Origin: Malacoraja senta
Taxonomy: Eukaryota
Reading direction: 5' to 3'
Length of the DNA stretch: 64,000 nucleotides
Assembly: GCA_038087875.1 (NCBI GenBank)
Contig: CM075988.1
Coordinates: 17,734,001-17,798,000, forward strand
Shown here: piece after piece, positions 37,361-50,355 of the stretch
Numbering within the stretch: position 1 is the first letter of the stretch
How the letters are laid out: each line of letters starts with the position of its first letter
The notes under the pieces: model-generated
What the model was told of the DNA's origin: nothing
The model's input: only the letters and a program-made list of their open reading frames with translations
Databases searched by the model: none
Position numbers and translations under genes: made by a program

Positions 37361-38344
37361 GTTGGCGATATGCAGAGTACTGCCCTGCCGACTACAAAAT
37401 TCAGAAGGTTCAGAAAGTTGTAGTGGAGTTAGTCCAAGCACTGGAGGGTGTTCAGCAGGCTTGACTTTTAACCCAGAAATAGGTGAGAAATTGTTACTTA
37501 ACTAATTAAATAACTGAATCTTGAGTGAAACACAAAGTGCTGGAGAACTCAACAGGTCCAGTACCATTTGTGCAGGACATGGATCATACGTTCATAAGTG
37601 ATAGGAGCAGAATTAGGCCATTCGGCCCATCCCGTCTACTCCGCCATTAAATTTTGGCTGATCTATCTCTCCCCTTCAACCCCATTCTCCTGCCTTCTTC
37701 CCTTAACCCCTGACCCGTACTAATCAAGAAAATCGACGATGTTTCAAGACTGAGGAAGCTCACCCCCACCCGCTGAGTTACTCCGGCACTTTGTGTTTTA
37801 ATTATCTAACAGCCTTGACTTTTGAAAATGTTAGTGGAGAGGACCGTGAAATCTCAGAAGAAGGGATGATTTGTTTAAGCTGAGGTAAGGAGGAATTTCT
37901 TAGGGTTGTGAATCTTGGAATCTTGGAATAAAACAGGAAGTATGGGAGAGCTCGGCATAATTAATCAGAATTTTCCATGAATGATTGTCGATCTGAAAAG
38001 TGCCGACTCTTGAATACCTGGCAATCTGAAGGCTGATGCTTTATCTCTCTAGCTGAATCTGCCTCTCTGCTTGAGCGTTTCCAAAATGTTCTCATTTTTC
38101 TTTCAAATTTCCAACAGCTGGAGTATTTCCCCCTTTTGTGAAACTCTGCAATTCCCTGCCGGAAGGTTGTTGAGTGAGAATATTCACATCGGAGATCAAA
38201 CGATTGGTTGGGTTTGGGTGAAGGGGTAATAAGGATGAGGAGATGAGGCGGGTTTAGATCAGTCAGATTCTTGCCCAGTGACAACCACCACGAGGGCTGG
38301 TCCACTTCCAGTTTCTACACAGCTGCTGAATTCCATACAGAACA

Positions 38345-38705
38345 GTGAAAGGCTTGGATAGAGTGGATGCGGAGGATGTTTCCACTAGTGGGAGAGTCAC
38401 GGACTAAAGTTCACAGCCTCAGAATTAAAGGATGTTCTTTTAGGAAGGAGATGAGGAGAAATTTCTTTAGTCAGAGGGTGGTGAATCTGTGGAATTCTTT
38501 GCCACAGAAGTCTGTGGAGGCCAAGTCAGTGGATATTTTTAAGGCAGAGATAGATAGATTCTTGATTAGTACGGGTGTCAGAGGTTATGGGGAGATGGCA
38601 GGAGAATGGGGTTAGGAGGGAGAGATAGATCAGCCATGATGGAATGGCGGAGTAGACTTGAAGGGCCAAATGGCCTAATTCTACTCCTATTACTTATGAC
38701 CTTAT
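38345..38705 (+). mobile_element. CR1 3' fragment
   Basis: ORF 38367-38615 RMFPLVGESRTKVHSLRIKG...FFSQRVVNLWNSLPQ. Confidence 0.9.
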
Positions 38706-38714
38706 GAATTCCTG

Positions 38715-38950
38715 TGTACAAAGGAACTGCAGATGCTGGTTGATACTAAAGATAGCTACAAAGTGCTGGAGTAACTCAGCAGGTCAGGCAACATCTCTGG
38801 AGCAAAAGGATAGGTCATGTTTTGGGTCAGAACCCTTCTTCAGACTCAATCTATCTACAGACTGAAGAAGGGTCCTGACCAGAAACGTCACCCGTCCTTT
38901 TTCTCGAGATGCTGTCTGAACTACTGAGTTACTCCAGCGCTTTGTGTCGA
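38715..38950. repeat. Inverted pair of Penelope-derived terminal repeats (hairpin)
   Basis: Same architecture; centre acccttcttcagact...agactgaagaagggt. Confidence 0.85.
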
Positions 38951-40284
38951 ATTTCTCTGGCGACACCCAAACCATTACCGTACATCCAACCGTACACCTA
39001 CATATCGCACAGGTTATTGAGATTGGACAGGACAGGACACGGGATGGTATAATGTGGACAGTTACAGCCCGCTGTCGTCCAGAACACCGCCACTTCTTGC
39101 TGTAGAAGGTGTGAAGAAGAGTGCCGACCCGAAAACATCAGCTGTCCATCTGCTTCAGAGAAGCTGCCTGACCCGCCGAGTTACTCCAGCACTTTGTGTC
39201 TATCTTCACTTTGAGGATGTGCCTGAGGGATGCACACACTGGGACCTCACTCTGGATACAGTAAGGAGTGACCCACACAGTCACTGACCGGTGAGCTTTA
39301 CTGACGCAGATTGAATTACCTGCCAACAATGCCAGAACCTACCATCGATCAGTCGTTGAACAATTCACCATTTTTTGTTCCACTTCGACATTGATACACA
39401 AAATGTGGCACTTACTGATGAAGAGCAGCTGGAATCACGGGGCCTGGTGTTTGCCTGGTTTGCTGGTGTGGACAATGGATATCCAGTCCAGGCCAGCCAG
39501 TGGGCAGTGCTTTCAGCCCAGTCAGAAGACAATGGTTCAAATCCCACTCCCCATGAAAATTCAGTGAAAAGCTTTGCTGGAGATGGGCATGGCTGGGATT
39601 TAACTTTCTGTACATGCCAGACCTTTGAAGACAAAAACTAACGAGTCATTAAGGCTTCACAAAAGCTCAGGTTGCTCAGGTCATTCCACTTTCACTCTAT
39701 CTCCCTTGTGTGGGAAGGAACTGCAGATGCTGGTTTAATTGAATGAATATTAAGTAAAAAGAGAGAGAGTGAAGATGGATGCAAGAAGCTGGAGTAACTC
39801 GGCGGGACAGGCAGCATCTCTGGAGAAAAGGAATGGGTTCCTTTCTCTGCCATCCTCTCCCACTCCCTCCCATTCCTTCTCTTGAATTGAATACTTTATT
39901 GTCACATGTGACAAGGCACAGTGAAATTCTTTGCCTGCAAATAGTTTGCCCATATAAAGGGCGCTTACAAAGTTACAAATCCCCCCCCCACCGTGACAGG
40001 TCCCTTTTTGTTCTTCATCCTGCCCCTCCCCCCACACCCTCCCACCTCCCTCAAGGCAGTCCCCCCACACACTCTCCAGAGATGCCGTCTGTCCTGCTGA
40101 GTTACTCCAGCCTTTTGTGTCCATCTTCACTCTCTCTCTTTTTACCTAATATTCATTCAATTCGTTTAGTAGGAAGCTTCAGGGGAGCATCAGTCCCACT
40201 GTGACTTAGCGATGTAATGTTGACTGAAGATTAGCCCATTCCAGTTCAGGCCCACAGCAGAGTCCGGAGCCCAACATCAAGAAT

Positions 40285-40826
40285 CAGTGGAGTACTGGGG
40301 AAGGGCTGCACTATCAGCAGCGCTGTCTTTAGTTTTTAGTTTAGTTTAGAGATACAGCGCGGAAAAAATACCCCTCGACCCACTGGGTCTGCACAGACCA
40401 GCGATCTCCGTACACTAACACCATCCTACACAGAACAGGAACAATTTACAATTCTACCAAGCCAATTAGCTCAGTCTGCAAAAATGTCAGTGTCGACCCG
40501 AAACATCACGCATTCCTTCTAAGCAGAGATGCTGCCTGTCCCACTGAGTTGCTCCAGCATTTTGTGTCTATCTTCGCCCACAAACCTGCATGTCTTTGGA
40601 GTGTGGGAGGAAACCAGAGCTCCTGGAGAAAACCTACGCAGGCCAAGGGGAGAACAGACAACACCCGTAGTCAGGATCAAACCCGGGTCTCTGGCACTGT
40701 AAGGCAGCAACTCTACCGATGTGTTACTGCCCTGCCTCAAACTGTTGTCAAAAGAGATGTGAAACCAAGGCCCACATTTCTCTTGAGTGGATGTGAAATG
40801 TTCCCAAGGGCATCATTATCAAGAAG
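40285..40826 (+). mobile_element. Ancient Deu-domain SINE (SacSINE1-like), split by the HE1 insertion
   Basis: cagtggagtactggggaagggctgcactatcagcagcgctgtcttt (40285-40330) resumes as gagatgtgaaaccaaggccc..gtggatgtgaaatgttcccaagggca..aagaag; resembles my recollection of the Deu domain; tail-like copies at about 1400-1550 and 53130-53300. Confidence 0.6.
40331..40735 (-). mobile_element. HE1-type SINE with an internal Penelope-derived mini-element (about 40472-40575)
   Basis: Reverse-complement SINE halves flank gacccgaaacatc..gagttgctccagcattttgtgtctatc. Confidence 0.82.
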
Positions 40827-41760
40827 TTTTGTTTTGGAGTACGATTTGCAGATACTATCACAATGTTTAAGAAACATTTTGACAAGTTCATGGATAGGAT
40901 AATAATTCCTATTATTAATTAATAGGAATTAATAGTATAATTACTATTATACTAAATAATAGTATTAGAGGGATACGGGCCAAACGCAGGCAGGTGGGAC
41001 TAGGGTAGATGGGTCAAGTTGGTTGGTGGGTAAGTTGGTCTGAAGAGCCTGTTTCCACGCTGTATGACAATAACTCTGAAAGTTGGGGAGTTATGTCTTG
41101 TCAGTGTTTACACCTCAATCAACAGCGTTTGTGTCATGGTTCAGCTGCCCGTTTAGTATCTGGGGCCTGACCCTTCGGCCCATCAAACCCGCTGCGATCA
41201 GCGATCAGCGATCACCTAACAATGTCTCTACCACTTGCCAAGGTACTCCACCCAGATGCCAATAGGCTGATCCAGGTTCCACTGGCCTCACTTAAGTGAA
41301 GATTTAGACTTTAGAGATACAGCACGGAAACATGCCCTTTGGCTCACCAAGACCACACCGACAAGTGATCTCCCCGTACACTAGCACACACTACACACTA
41401 GGGACGATTTACATTTTTTACTGAAGCCTTTGAACCTACCAGACCTGCCTGAGTTACTCTAGCACTTTGTGTATATGTATGGCTGTGTATCTGTCGATGT
41501 ATCTGCAATGTATAAAATACCACTTCACACAGGGTCATAGACCTGGTGTGCAGGAGCTTAGAGCAGCTGGTGAAGTAAGATGGGGGGTGGGTGGTGTATA
41601 TGTACAGCTATGTATTCCAGTCTGTGGAATTCTCTGCCTCAGAGCGCGGTGGAGGCAGGTTCTCTGGATGCTTTCAAGAGAGAGAGCTAGATAGGGCTCT
41701 TAAAAATAGCGGAGCCAGGGGATATGGGGAGAAGGCAGGAACGGGGTACTGATTGGGGAT

Positions 41761-44613
41761 ACATAGATACATAGAAAATAGGTGCAGGAGTAGGCCATTC
41801 GGCCCTTCGAGCCTGCACCGCCATTCAATATGATCATGGCTGATCATCCAACTCAGTATCCCGTACCTGCCTTCTCTCCATACCCCCTGATCCCTTTAGC
41901 CACAAGGGCCACATCTAACTCCCTCTTAAATATAGCCAATGAACTGGCCTCAACTACCCTCTGTGGCAGAGAGTTCCAGAGATTCACCACTCTCTGTGTG
42001 AAAAAGGTTTTCCTCATCTCGGTCTTAAAGGATTTCCCCCTTATCCTTAAGCTGTGACCCCTTGTTCTGGACTTCCCCAACATCGGGAACAATCTTCCTG
42101 CATCTAGCCTGTCCAACCCCATAAGAATTTTGTACGTTTCTATAAGATCCCCTCTCAATCTCCTAAATTCTAGCGCGTATAAGCCAAGTCTATCCAGTCT
42201 TTCTTCATATGAAAGTCCTGACATCCCAGGAATCAGTCTGGTGAACCTTCTCTGCACTCCCTCTATGGCTATAATGTCCTTCCTCAGATTTGGAGACCAA
42301 AACTGTACGCAATACTCCAGGTGTGGTCTCACCAAGACCCTGTACAACTGCAGTAGAACCTCCCTGCTCCTATACTCAAATCCTTTTGATATGAAAGCTA
42401 ACATACCATTCGCTTTCTTCACTGCCTGCTGCACCTGCATCCCTACTTTCAATGACTGGTGTACCATGACACCCAGGTCTCGCTGCATCTCCCCTTTTCC
42501 TAATCGGCCACCATTTAGATAATAGTCTGCTTTCCTGTTTTTGCCACTAAAGTGGATAACCTCACATTTATCCACATTATACTGCATCTGCTAAACATTT
42601 GCCCACTCACCCAGCCTATCCAAGTCACCTTGCAGTCTCCTAGCATCCTCCTCACATCTAACACTGCCCCCCAGCTTAGTGTCATCCGCAAACTTGGAGA
42701 TGTTGCCTTCAATTCCCTCATCCAGTTCATTAATATAAATTGTAAATAGCTGGGGTCCCAGCACTGAGCCTTGCGGTACCCCACTAGTCACTGCCTGCCA
42801 TTGTGAAAAGGACCCGTTTACTCCTACTCTTTGCTTCCTGTTTGCCACCCAGTTCTCTATCCACATCAATACTGAACCCCCAATACATAGATACATAGAA
42901 AATAGGTGCAGGAGTAGGCCATTCGGCCCTTCGAGCCTGCACCGCCATTCAATATGATCATGGCTGATCATCCAACTCAGTATCCCGTACCTGCCTTCTC
43001 TCCATACCCCCTGATCCCTTTAGCCACAAGGGCCACATCTAACTCCCTCTTAAATATAGCCAATGAACTGGCCTCAACTACCCTCTGTGGCAGAGAGTTC
43101 TAGAGATTCACCACTCTCTGTGTGAAAAAGTTTTTCCTCATCTCGGTCTTAAAGGATTTCCCCCTTATCCTTAAGCTGTGACCACCCCTTGTCCTGGACT
43201 TCCCCAACATTGGGAACAATCTTCCTGCATCTAGCCTGTCCAACCCCATAGAATTTTGTACGTTTCTATACCGTGTGCTTTAAGTTTGTATACTAATCTC
43301 TTATGTGGGACCTTGTCGAAAGCCTTCTGAAAGTCCAGATACAACACATCCACTGGTTCTCCCCTATCCACTCTACTAGTTACATCCTCGAAAAGTTCTA
43401 TAAGATTCGTCAGACATGATTTACCTTTCGTAAATCCATGCTGACTTTGTCCAATGATTTCACCACTTTCCAAATGTGCTGCTATCCCAACTTTAATAAC
43501 TGACTCTAGCAGTTTCCCCACTACCGATGTTAGATTAACTGGTCTGTAATTCCCTGTTTTCTCTCTCCCTCCCTTCTTAAAAAGTGGGGTTACGTTTGCT
43601 ACCCTCCAATCCTCAGGAACTACTCCAGAATCTAAACAGTTTTGAAAAATTATCACTAATGCATCCACTATTTCTGGAGCTACTTCCTTAAGTACTCTGG
43701 GATGCAGCCTATCTGGCCCTGGTGATTTATCGGCCTTTAATCCATTCAATTTACCCAACACCACTTCCCGACTAACCTGGATTTCACTCAGTTCCTCCAT
43801 CTCCTTTGTCCCGCGGTCCCTGCTATTTCCGGCAGATTATTTATGTCTTCCTTAGTGAAGACGGAACCAAAGTAGTTATTCAATTGGTCCGCCATATCCT
43901 TGTTCCCCATGATCAATTCACCTGTTTCTGACTGCAAGGGACCTACATTTGTTTTAACTAATCTCTTTCTCTTCACATATCTATAAAAACTTTTGCAGTC
44001 AGTTTTTATGTTCCCTGCCAGTTTTCTTTCATAATCTATTTTCCCTTTCCTAATTAAGCCCTTTGTCCTCCTCTGCTGGTCTCTGAATTTCTCCCAGTCC
44101 TCTGGTATGCTGCTTTTTCTGGCTAATTTGTACGCATCATCTTTTGCTTTGATATTATCCCTGATTTCCCTTGTTATCCACGAATGCACTACCTTCCCTG
44201 ATTTATTCTTTTGCCAAACTGGGATGAACAATTTTTGTAGTTCATCCATGCAGTCTTTAAATGCCTTCCATTGCATATCCACCGTCAACCCTTTTAGAAC
44301 TAATTGCCAGTCAATCTTGGCCAATTCACGTCTCATACCCTCAAAGTTACCTTTCTTTAAGTTCAGAACCGTTGTTTCTGAATTAACAATGTCACTCTCC
44401 ATCCTAATGAAGAACTCAACCATATTATGGTCACTCTTGCCCAAGGGGGCACGCACAACAAGACTGCTAACTAACCCTTCCTCATTACTCAATACCCAGT
44501 CTAGAATAGCCTGCTCTCTCGTTGGTTCCTCTACATGTTGGTTTAGATAACTATCCCGCATACATTCCAAGAAATCCTCTTCCTCAGCACCCCTGCCAAT
44601 TTGATTCACCCAA
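41761..44613 (-). mobile_element. Young 5'-truncated CR1-clade LINE (end of endonuclease plus reverse transcriptase), interrupted by an internal insertion
   Basis: ORF pieces 43788-44642, 43231-43800, 42591-42971 and 41853-42587 carry CR1 motifs [32 protein letters not shown] and [13 protein letters not shown]; frameshift near 43800; stop near 42591; microsatellite-like 3' tail at 41761. Confidence 0.95.
42886..43270 (-). mobile_element. CR1 3' end fragment inserted inside the RT of a near-identical CR1
   Basis: Near-identical to 41762-42144; interrupts the peptide LKAHG|IGGSVL. Confidence 0.92.
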
Positions 44614-45216
44614 AATTCAGCGGTGCTGGCTCGAAGGGCCAAATGGCCTGCTCCTGCACCTATTGTCTATTGTCTATCTGTGTATATATGTATATGTACA
44701 GCTGTACATCTATCTGTGTGCGTATGTGTGTGTATGTAGATACAGTATATATATATACACAGTCTAAAGAAGATCCCGACCCAAAACGTCACCCCTGTCC
44801 ATGTTCTCCAGAGATGCTGCCTGGCCTGTTGAGTTAATCCAGCACTTTGTGTGTATGCACAGCTGTGTATCTATGCTGTGTATAAAATACCACATTACAC
44901 TGGGGGGAGGGGGGAGGGGGTCAGAGGACCTGGTGTGAGTAAGATGCGTGAGGGTAGTGTAATGTGTGAGCTGGCAGTGGCGGAGGCTCACTGGCTGTGA
45001 CGATGGGTTTGATGAGGGATTCATCCCCCCACTGGTCCCTGTCTATTAATAGCAACATAGATTTTGATGTTGAATCAGCTTTATTAAAAATGGAAGAGTC
45101 TGTGTTGTCTGCTGGTGAGTGAAGGTCCTGAAAGCCCCGGCCCACTGGTGTCACCTCCCTGTGATCGGCCCTCTCTGCAGCGACCCCGACCTGCACCCTC
45201 TGATTCCCGGATTCCG

Positions 45217-45230
45217 GTTGCCATGGAGAC
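45217..45230. promoter_or_regulatory. RFX X-box motif
   Basis: GTTGCCATGGAGAC (reverse complement GTCTCCATGGCAAC) in a locally CpG-containing, repeat-free patch. Confidence 0.55.
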
Positions 45231-45755
45231 TGTTCACAATGGGAATCGAGGACTTCTGCAGAACAGGAACTGCACGGGTTTCAGTTGAATAAAGTTGCTA
45301 ACGTTGTGGCCATCTGTAGGCCAGCAGTGGGCCTGTAGCGAACATCATTGCCTTGCAGTGAGCTGCACAAAACTCTATCCCTTCACAGGAGGGAGAGGGT
45401 AGCGGGGAAACAAAAGCCTCCACAGTTAACATCACAGAGGGGGAGGGGGTGAAAGATTGCAAACTTCACGTGGCCCGATCACGTGCACAATCAAATAAGA
45501 TCAAATAGAACAAGTTGTCCTACAACTTTAGGCTGTGCACGCCATACGCAAGAAGAAGACAGAGGGGGAGCAGTGAGCTTCCACTGGTATCTGATTGTCA
45601 GAAGTACAGGAGAGTTCTCCATGGTATTTCACACTTGCAAAGTTGTGACCAAGGGTCTTCCACCTGTGATGTTGCCTCTATTTCTCTCTCCACAGATGCT
45701 GCCCTCCCTGCTGTTTGCTGCATTTACTGCTCATTTCATCAACTCAGTTAATGTG

Positions 45756-45769
45756 GTTGCCATAGTAAC
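45756..45769. promoter_or_regulatory. RFX X-box motif
   Basis: GTTGCCATAGTAAC fits the consensus GTNRCC(N0-3)RGYAAC. Confidence 0.55.
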
Positions 45770-46244
45770 CTTGATATTTCATTACATTTTTCAGCTATTA
45801 ATAGTATTGATAGTTTATAAGTTCTAGAAGCAGAATTAGGCCCTTCGGCCCATCATCTACTCTGCTATTCAACCATGGCTGATCTATCTTTCCCTCTCAA
45901 CCCCATTCTCCTGCATAACCCCTGACACCCATACTAATCAAGAATCTGCAAATCTCCGCCTTAAAGATAGACATTAAAATGAATTTTGTAATTTTACTTT
46001 TCTGCCTTCATACCCTTTCTGAAGATGTTGATCTTTTCCACAGGGCATCAGAAGTTCTGAAGACTTCTGACGTCCTCGCTCTCACTCAAGGGCCATGGTT
46101 TCTTTGCTATTTGCGAGGTTTTGGTGGGTGTTTGGGTGCAGGGTAGATTGGATGTGATGGTTGTCAACACTAAGGAGACACTAGAGACTGCAGATGCTGG
46201 AATCTGGAGCCCGCTGACACAGGATCTCTACTTGAAAATTCAAT

Positions 46245-46466
46245 CTTTACTTTAGAGATACAGAGTTACAGCGTGGAAACAGGCCGATTGGCCCACCGAG
46301 TCCGCGCCGACCAGTGACCGCCCCGTACACTAGCACTATCGTACACACGAGGGACAATTTATAATTTTTACTGACGCCAATTAACCTACAAATCTGTACG
46401 TCTTGGAGCGTGCGGGAAACCGGAGCACCTGGAGAAAACCCATGCAGTGACAGGAGAACACTCTAT
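46245..46466 (-). mobile_element. HE1-type SINE truncated by the gap
   Basis: ggaaacaggcc..cccaccgagtccgcgccgaccag..ggaaaccggagcacc. Confidence 0.85.
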
Positions 46467-46666
46467 NNNNNNNNNNNNNNNNNNNNNNNNNNNNNNNNNN
46501 NNNNNNNNNNNNNNNNNNNNNNNNNNNNNNNNNNNNNNNNNNNNNNNNNNNNNNNNNNNNNNNNNNNNNNNNNNNNNNNNNNNNNNNNNNNNNNNNNNNN
46601 NNNNNNNNNNNNNNNNNNNNNNNNNNNNNNNNNNNNNNNNNNNNNNNNNNNNNNNNNNNNNNNNNN
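46467..46666. other. Assembly gap, exactly 200 N
   Basis: Run of N; the round length suggests a scaffolding placeholder of unknown true size. Confidence 0.99.
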
Positions 46667-46749
46667 CCGGGGTGACCCTGGACTGACGGGACACCGGCCC
46701 GTTGCAGTCGTGGCCCAGGCTTACAGCCAGGATGGAGAAGAAGCCATTG

Positions 46750-47498
<749 letters not shown>

Positions 47499-48324
47499 TA
47501 AAGCACCACACAGTATAGAACGCAGCACGGCACAGGAATAGTCCCTTTGGTCCATAATGTATGTGCTTAACATGATGGCAAGATAAACTAATCTCATCTG
47601 TCTACATGATTCATATCCCTCCATTCCTTGCATATCCATGTGCCTATCTAAAAACCTCTTAACCACCACTATGGTATTTGCCTCCACCACTACTCCTGGC
47701 AGCATATTCCAGACACCCAGACACTGTGTTTAAAAAAATCTTGCCCTGCCCATCTCCATTCAACTTTGCCCATCTCACCTTAAAGCTATGTCCTCCAGGT
47801 TTTGATATTTTCATACTAGGATAAAGGCTATGATAGTCTACCCGATGTATGTCTCAATTTAAAAAAAAACTTCTATCAGGTCTCCCCGCACGCAATATGC
47901 CAAACGCGGCCTATCCAGAGTCCTATAAAGCCGCATGTTGACTTCCTGACCTGCACTCAATGCCCCGACCTATGAAAGCAAGCATACCAATTTCTTTCTA
48001 AACCACTCTATTTCCCTACCTCACTGACTGAACCCTCACTACCTCAGTGAACTGTCTGCTACTACTGCTGCTGCTGTGGACATTATTATGCTGCTGTCTT
48101 TTAACCATGCAGCTTTTTTACTTTTTACAATTTATTCATAGGCTCATTATTATTTAGATTTTATTGTGGAAGGTTTTTATATAAGTTAGAATTTATTGAT
48201 GTCTTTACTGCACTTTATTGATGTCTTACTGCACTATTACACTGCTCGGACCTGAGTACAAATTTCGTTCATGATTCATGTGGAAGCATGTTTTCATCGA
48301 ATGACAATAAATAAATAAATAAAA

Positions 48325-49080
48325 ATGCTGGAGAGACTCAGCGGGTGAGGCAAGGTACTTGCAAGGGAAAGTACCAGGGGAGGGGGTGGTTTGGGTGGGA
48401 AGGGACAAATTGACCAGGGAGTTACGGAGGGAGCGACAACCGCAGGAAATGCTACACTTGTCGCTTTACCTTCCCCCCTTGACTCCATCCAAGGACCTAA
48501 GCAGTCTTTCCAGGTGCGGCAGAGGTTCACCTGCACCTCCTCCAACCTCATCTGTTGCATCCGCTCTCTAGGTGTCAGCTGCTCTGCATCGGTGAGACTA
48601 AGCGTAGGCTTGGCAATCGCTTCGCCCAACACCTTCACTCAGTTCGCAATAACCAACCTGATCTCCCAGTGGCAGCGCACTTCAACTCCCCCTCCAATTC
48701 CGAATCCAACCTTTCTGTCCTGGGTCTCCTCCGTGGCCAGAGTGAGTCCCACCATAAATTGGAGGAGCAGCACCTCATATTTCGCTTGGGTAATTTACAC
48801 CCCAGCGGTATGAACATTGACTTCTCCAATTTCAGGTAGTCCTTGCTTTCTTCCTCTTTCCCCTCCCCTTCCTCGCTCTCCCACAGCCCGCTGTCTCCGC
48901 CTATTCCTTTCTTCTCTCCTCCCCCCCATCAGTCTCCTCCCCCCCCCCCATCAGTCTGAAGAAGGGTTTCGACCCGAAATGTCACCTATTCCTTCGCTCC
49001 ATTGATGCTGCCTCACCCGCTGAGTTTCTCCAGCATTTTTATCTACCTTGAATTTTTCCAGCATCTGCAGTTCCTTCTTA
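48325..49080 (+). mobile_element. Penelope-like element 3' part: GIY-YIG endonuclease, pyrimidine tract and terminal repeat, preceded by an inverted piece
   Basis: QGPKQSFQVRQRFTCTSSNLICCI / LLCIGETKRRLGNRFAQHL...AHFN...LEEQHLIFRLGNLHPSGMNIDF (frameshifted); 48325-48460 is inverted, as is typical of PLE pseudo-LTRs. Confidence 0.88.
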
Positions 49081-49306
49081 AACATTCTATCCACTGATGT
49101 TGCCACTTTCAGGGAGTTGTGGACTAGCTGGCATTGTTTTCTTGTACATCCAAATATTATTTTGCCTTTTCATATTCTCTGTCGCATTTTCTTTTATTCC
49201 TAATTCCCAGGAATTTTATCGAGCTCTTCTTAAACAAAGATTCTTTTTAAATTGTTATTTTTTTAAATGTAGATTAAATGAATTCATAGCATTCATTTCA
49301 TTTTAA

Positions 49307-49558
<252 letters not shown>

Positions 49559-50355
49559 TAAGTATATGTTTCACTTTGACTGCTGCAGAGGTTTATGATG
49601 TTAATAGATTAAAAGTTAGCAAGAAATGTTAAAAGATCTGAATTGATGGAGATGAGAGGTGGATATTTCCATTTGGTGAGCATGGCTTTGTGTTAATTGA
49701 GTGGGTACAAGCTTTTTGGGAATTACCAACAGTGCTGCAGAAACCGCAGCAATTTTGTTTAATGCCGCGTGAATTTGAGGTTTTTGTGGGCCAAAAGGAC
49801 AATAGACTAAACGTACATGGTTCTAAATGGGCCTCTACACTTGGTTTTCTAAGCTGTGCTATTGAGGTAGCCTTGTATTGTTTTTATACAGAGAGTCATG
49901 TTTTGGCAAACTTATTGATATAGATAAAATCTTTTGTATCAATGTGGCATGCAGAGGATTGACTTGTTCAAAAGTAAGCTTATTTAGAAATTTGGGTTTT
50001 ATAGGACAGAAGCAGGTTGTTTAGTCTGCCTGGGTCTGGTACCTCTGAGCTTGTGCATGGCCAATCATACTGACTTGTACCACATGCATTTATGTGTTTT
50101 AGCAATATATTAAACTGCCTTTCTGCTGCTGCTCCTCTACCTCCTCACTTGTCAAGTATCACTTTTTAAAATTTGGCCTGAAATAATTTAAGCTTCCAGT
50201 CCTACAGGAACTACTTTATATTACAGAGTATCATAAAACGATTTGGAGATAGCTAGTATGCATGTTTGTTAGAATAATAAATTGCTTCATAATAGCACTT
50301 TTGGATCACTCTTATAGACACAGCTATAAACCATTATTGACATGGTCTTCTCTAG

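Larger units (their letters stand above)
41620..44677 (+). mobile_element. Host CR1 3' fragment (41620-41760 and 44621-44677) split by the minus-strand CR1
   Basis: ggaattctctgcctcagag...ggggtactgattggggat resumes as cggtgctggctcgaagggcc...tattgtctattgtctat; compare the uninterrupted copy at 10157-10380. Confidence 0.85.

Noticed and set aside
45084..45224. Minus-strand ATG inside the first X-box
   Set aside because: The frame closes at TAA after about 46 codons, before the splice donor; the ATG is simply part of the motif.
45467..45485. Two CACGTG E-boxes near the X-boxes
   Set aside because: They lie in a segment (about 45360-45558) ending in a gaagaag tail that looks like a retroposon 3' end, so they are weak promoter evidence.
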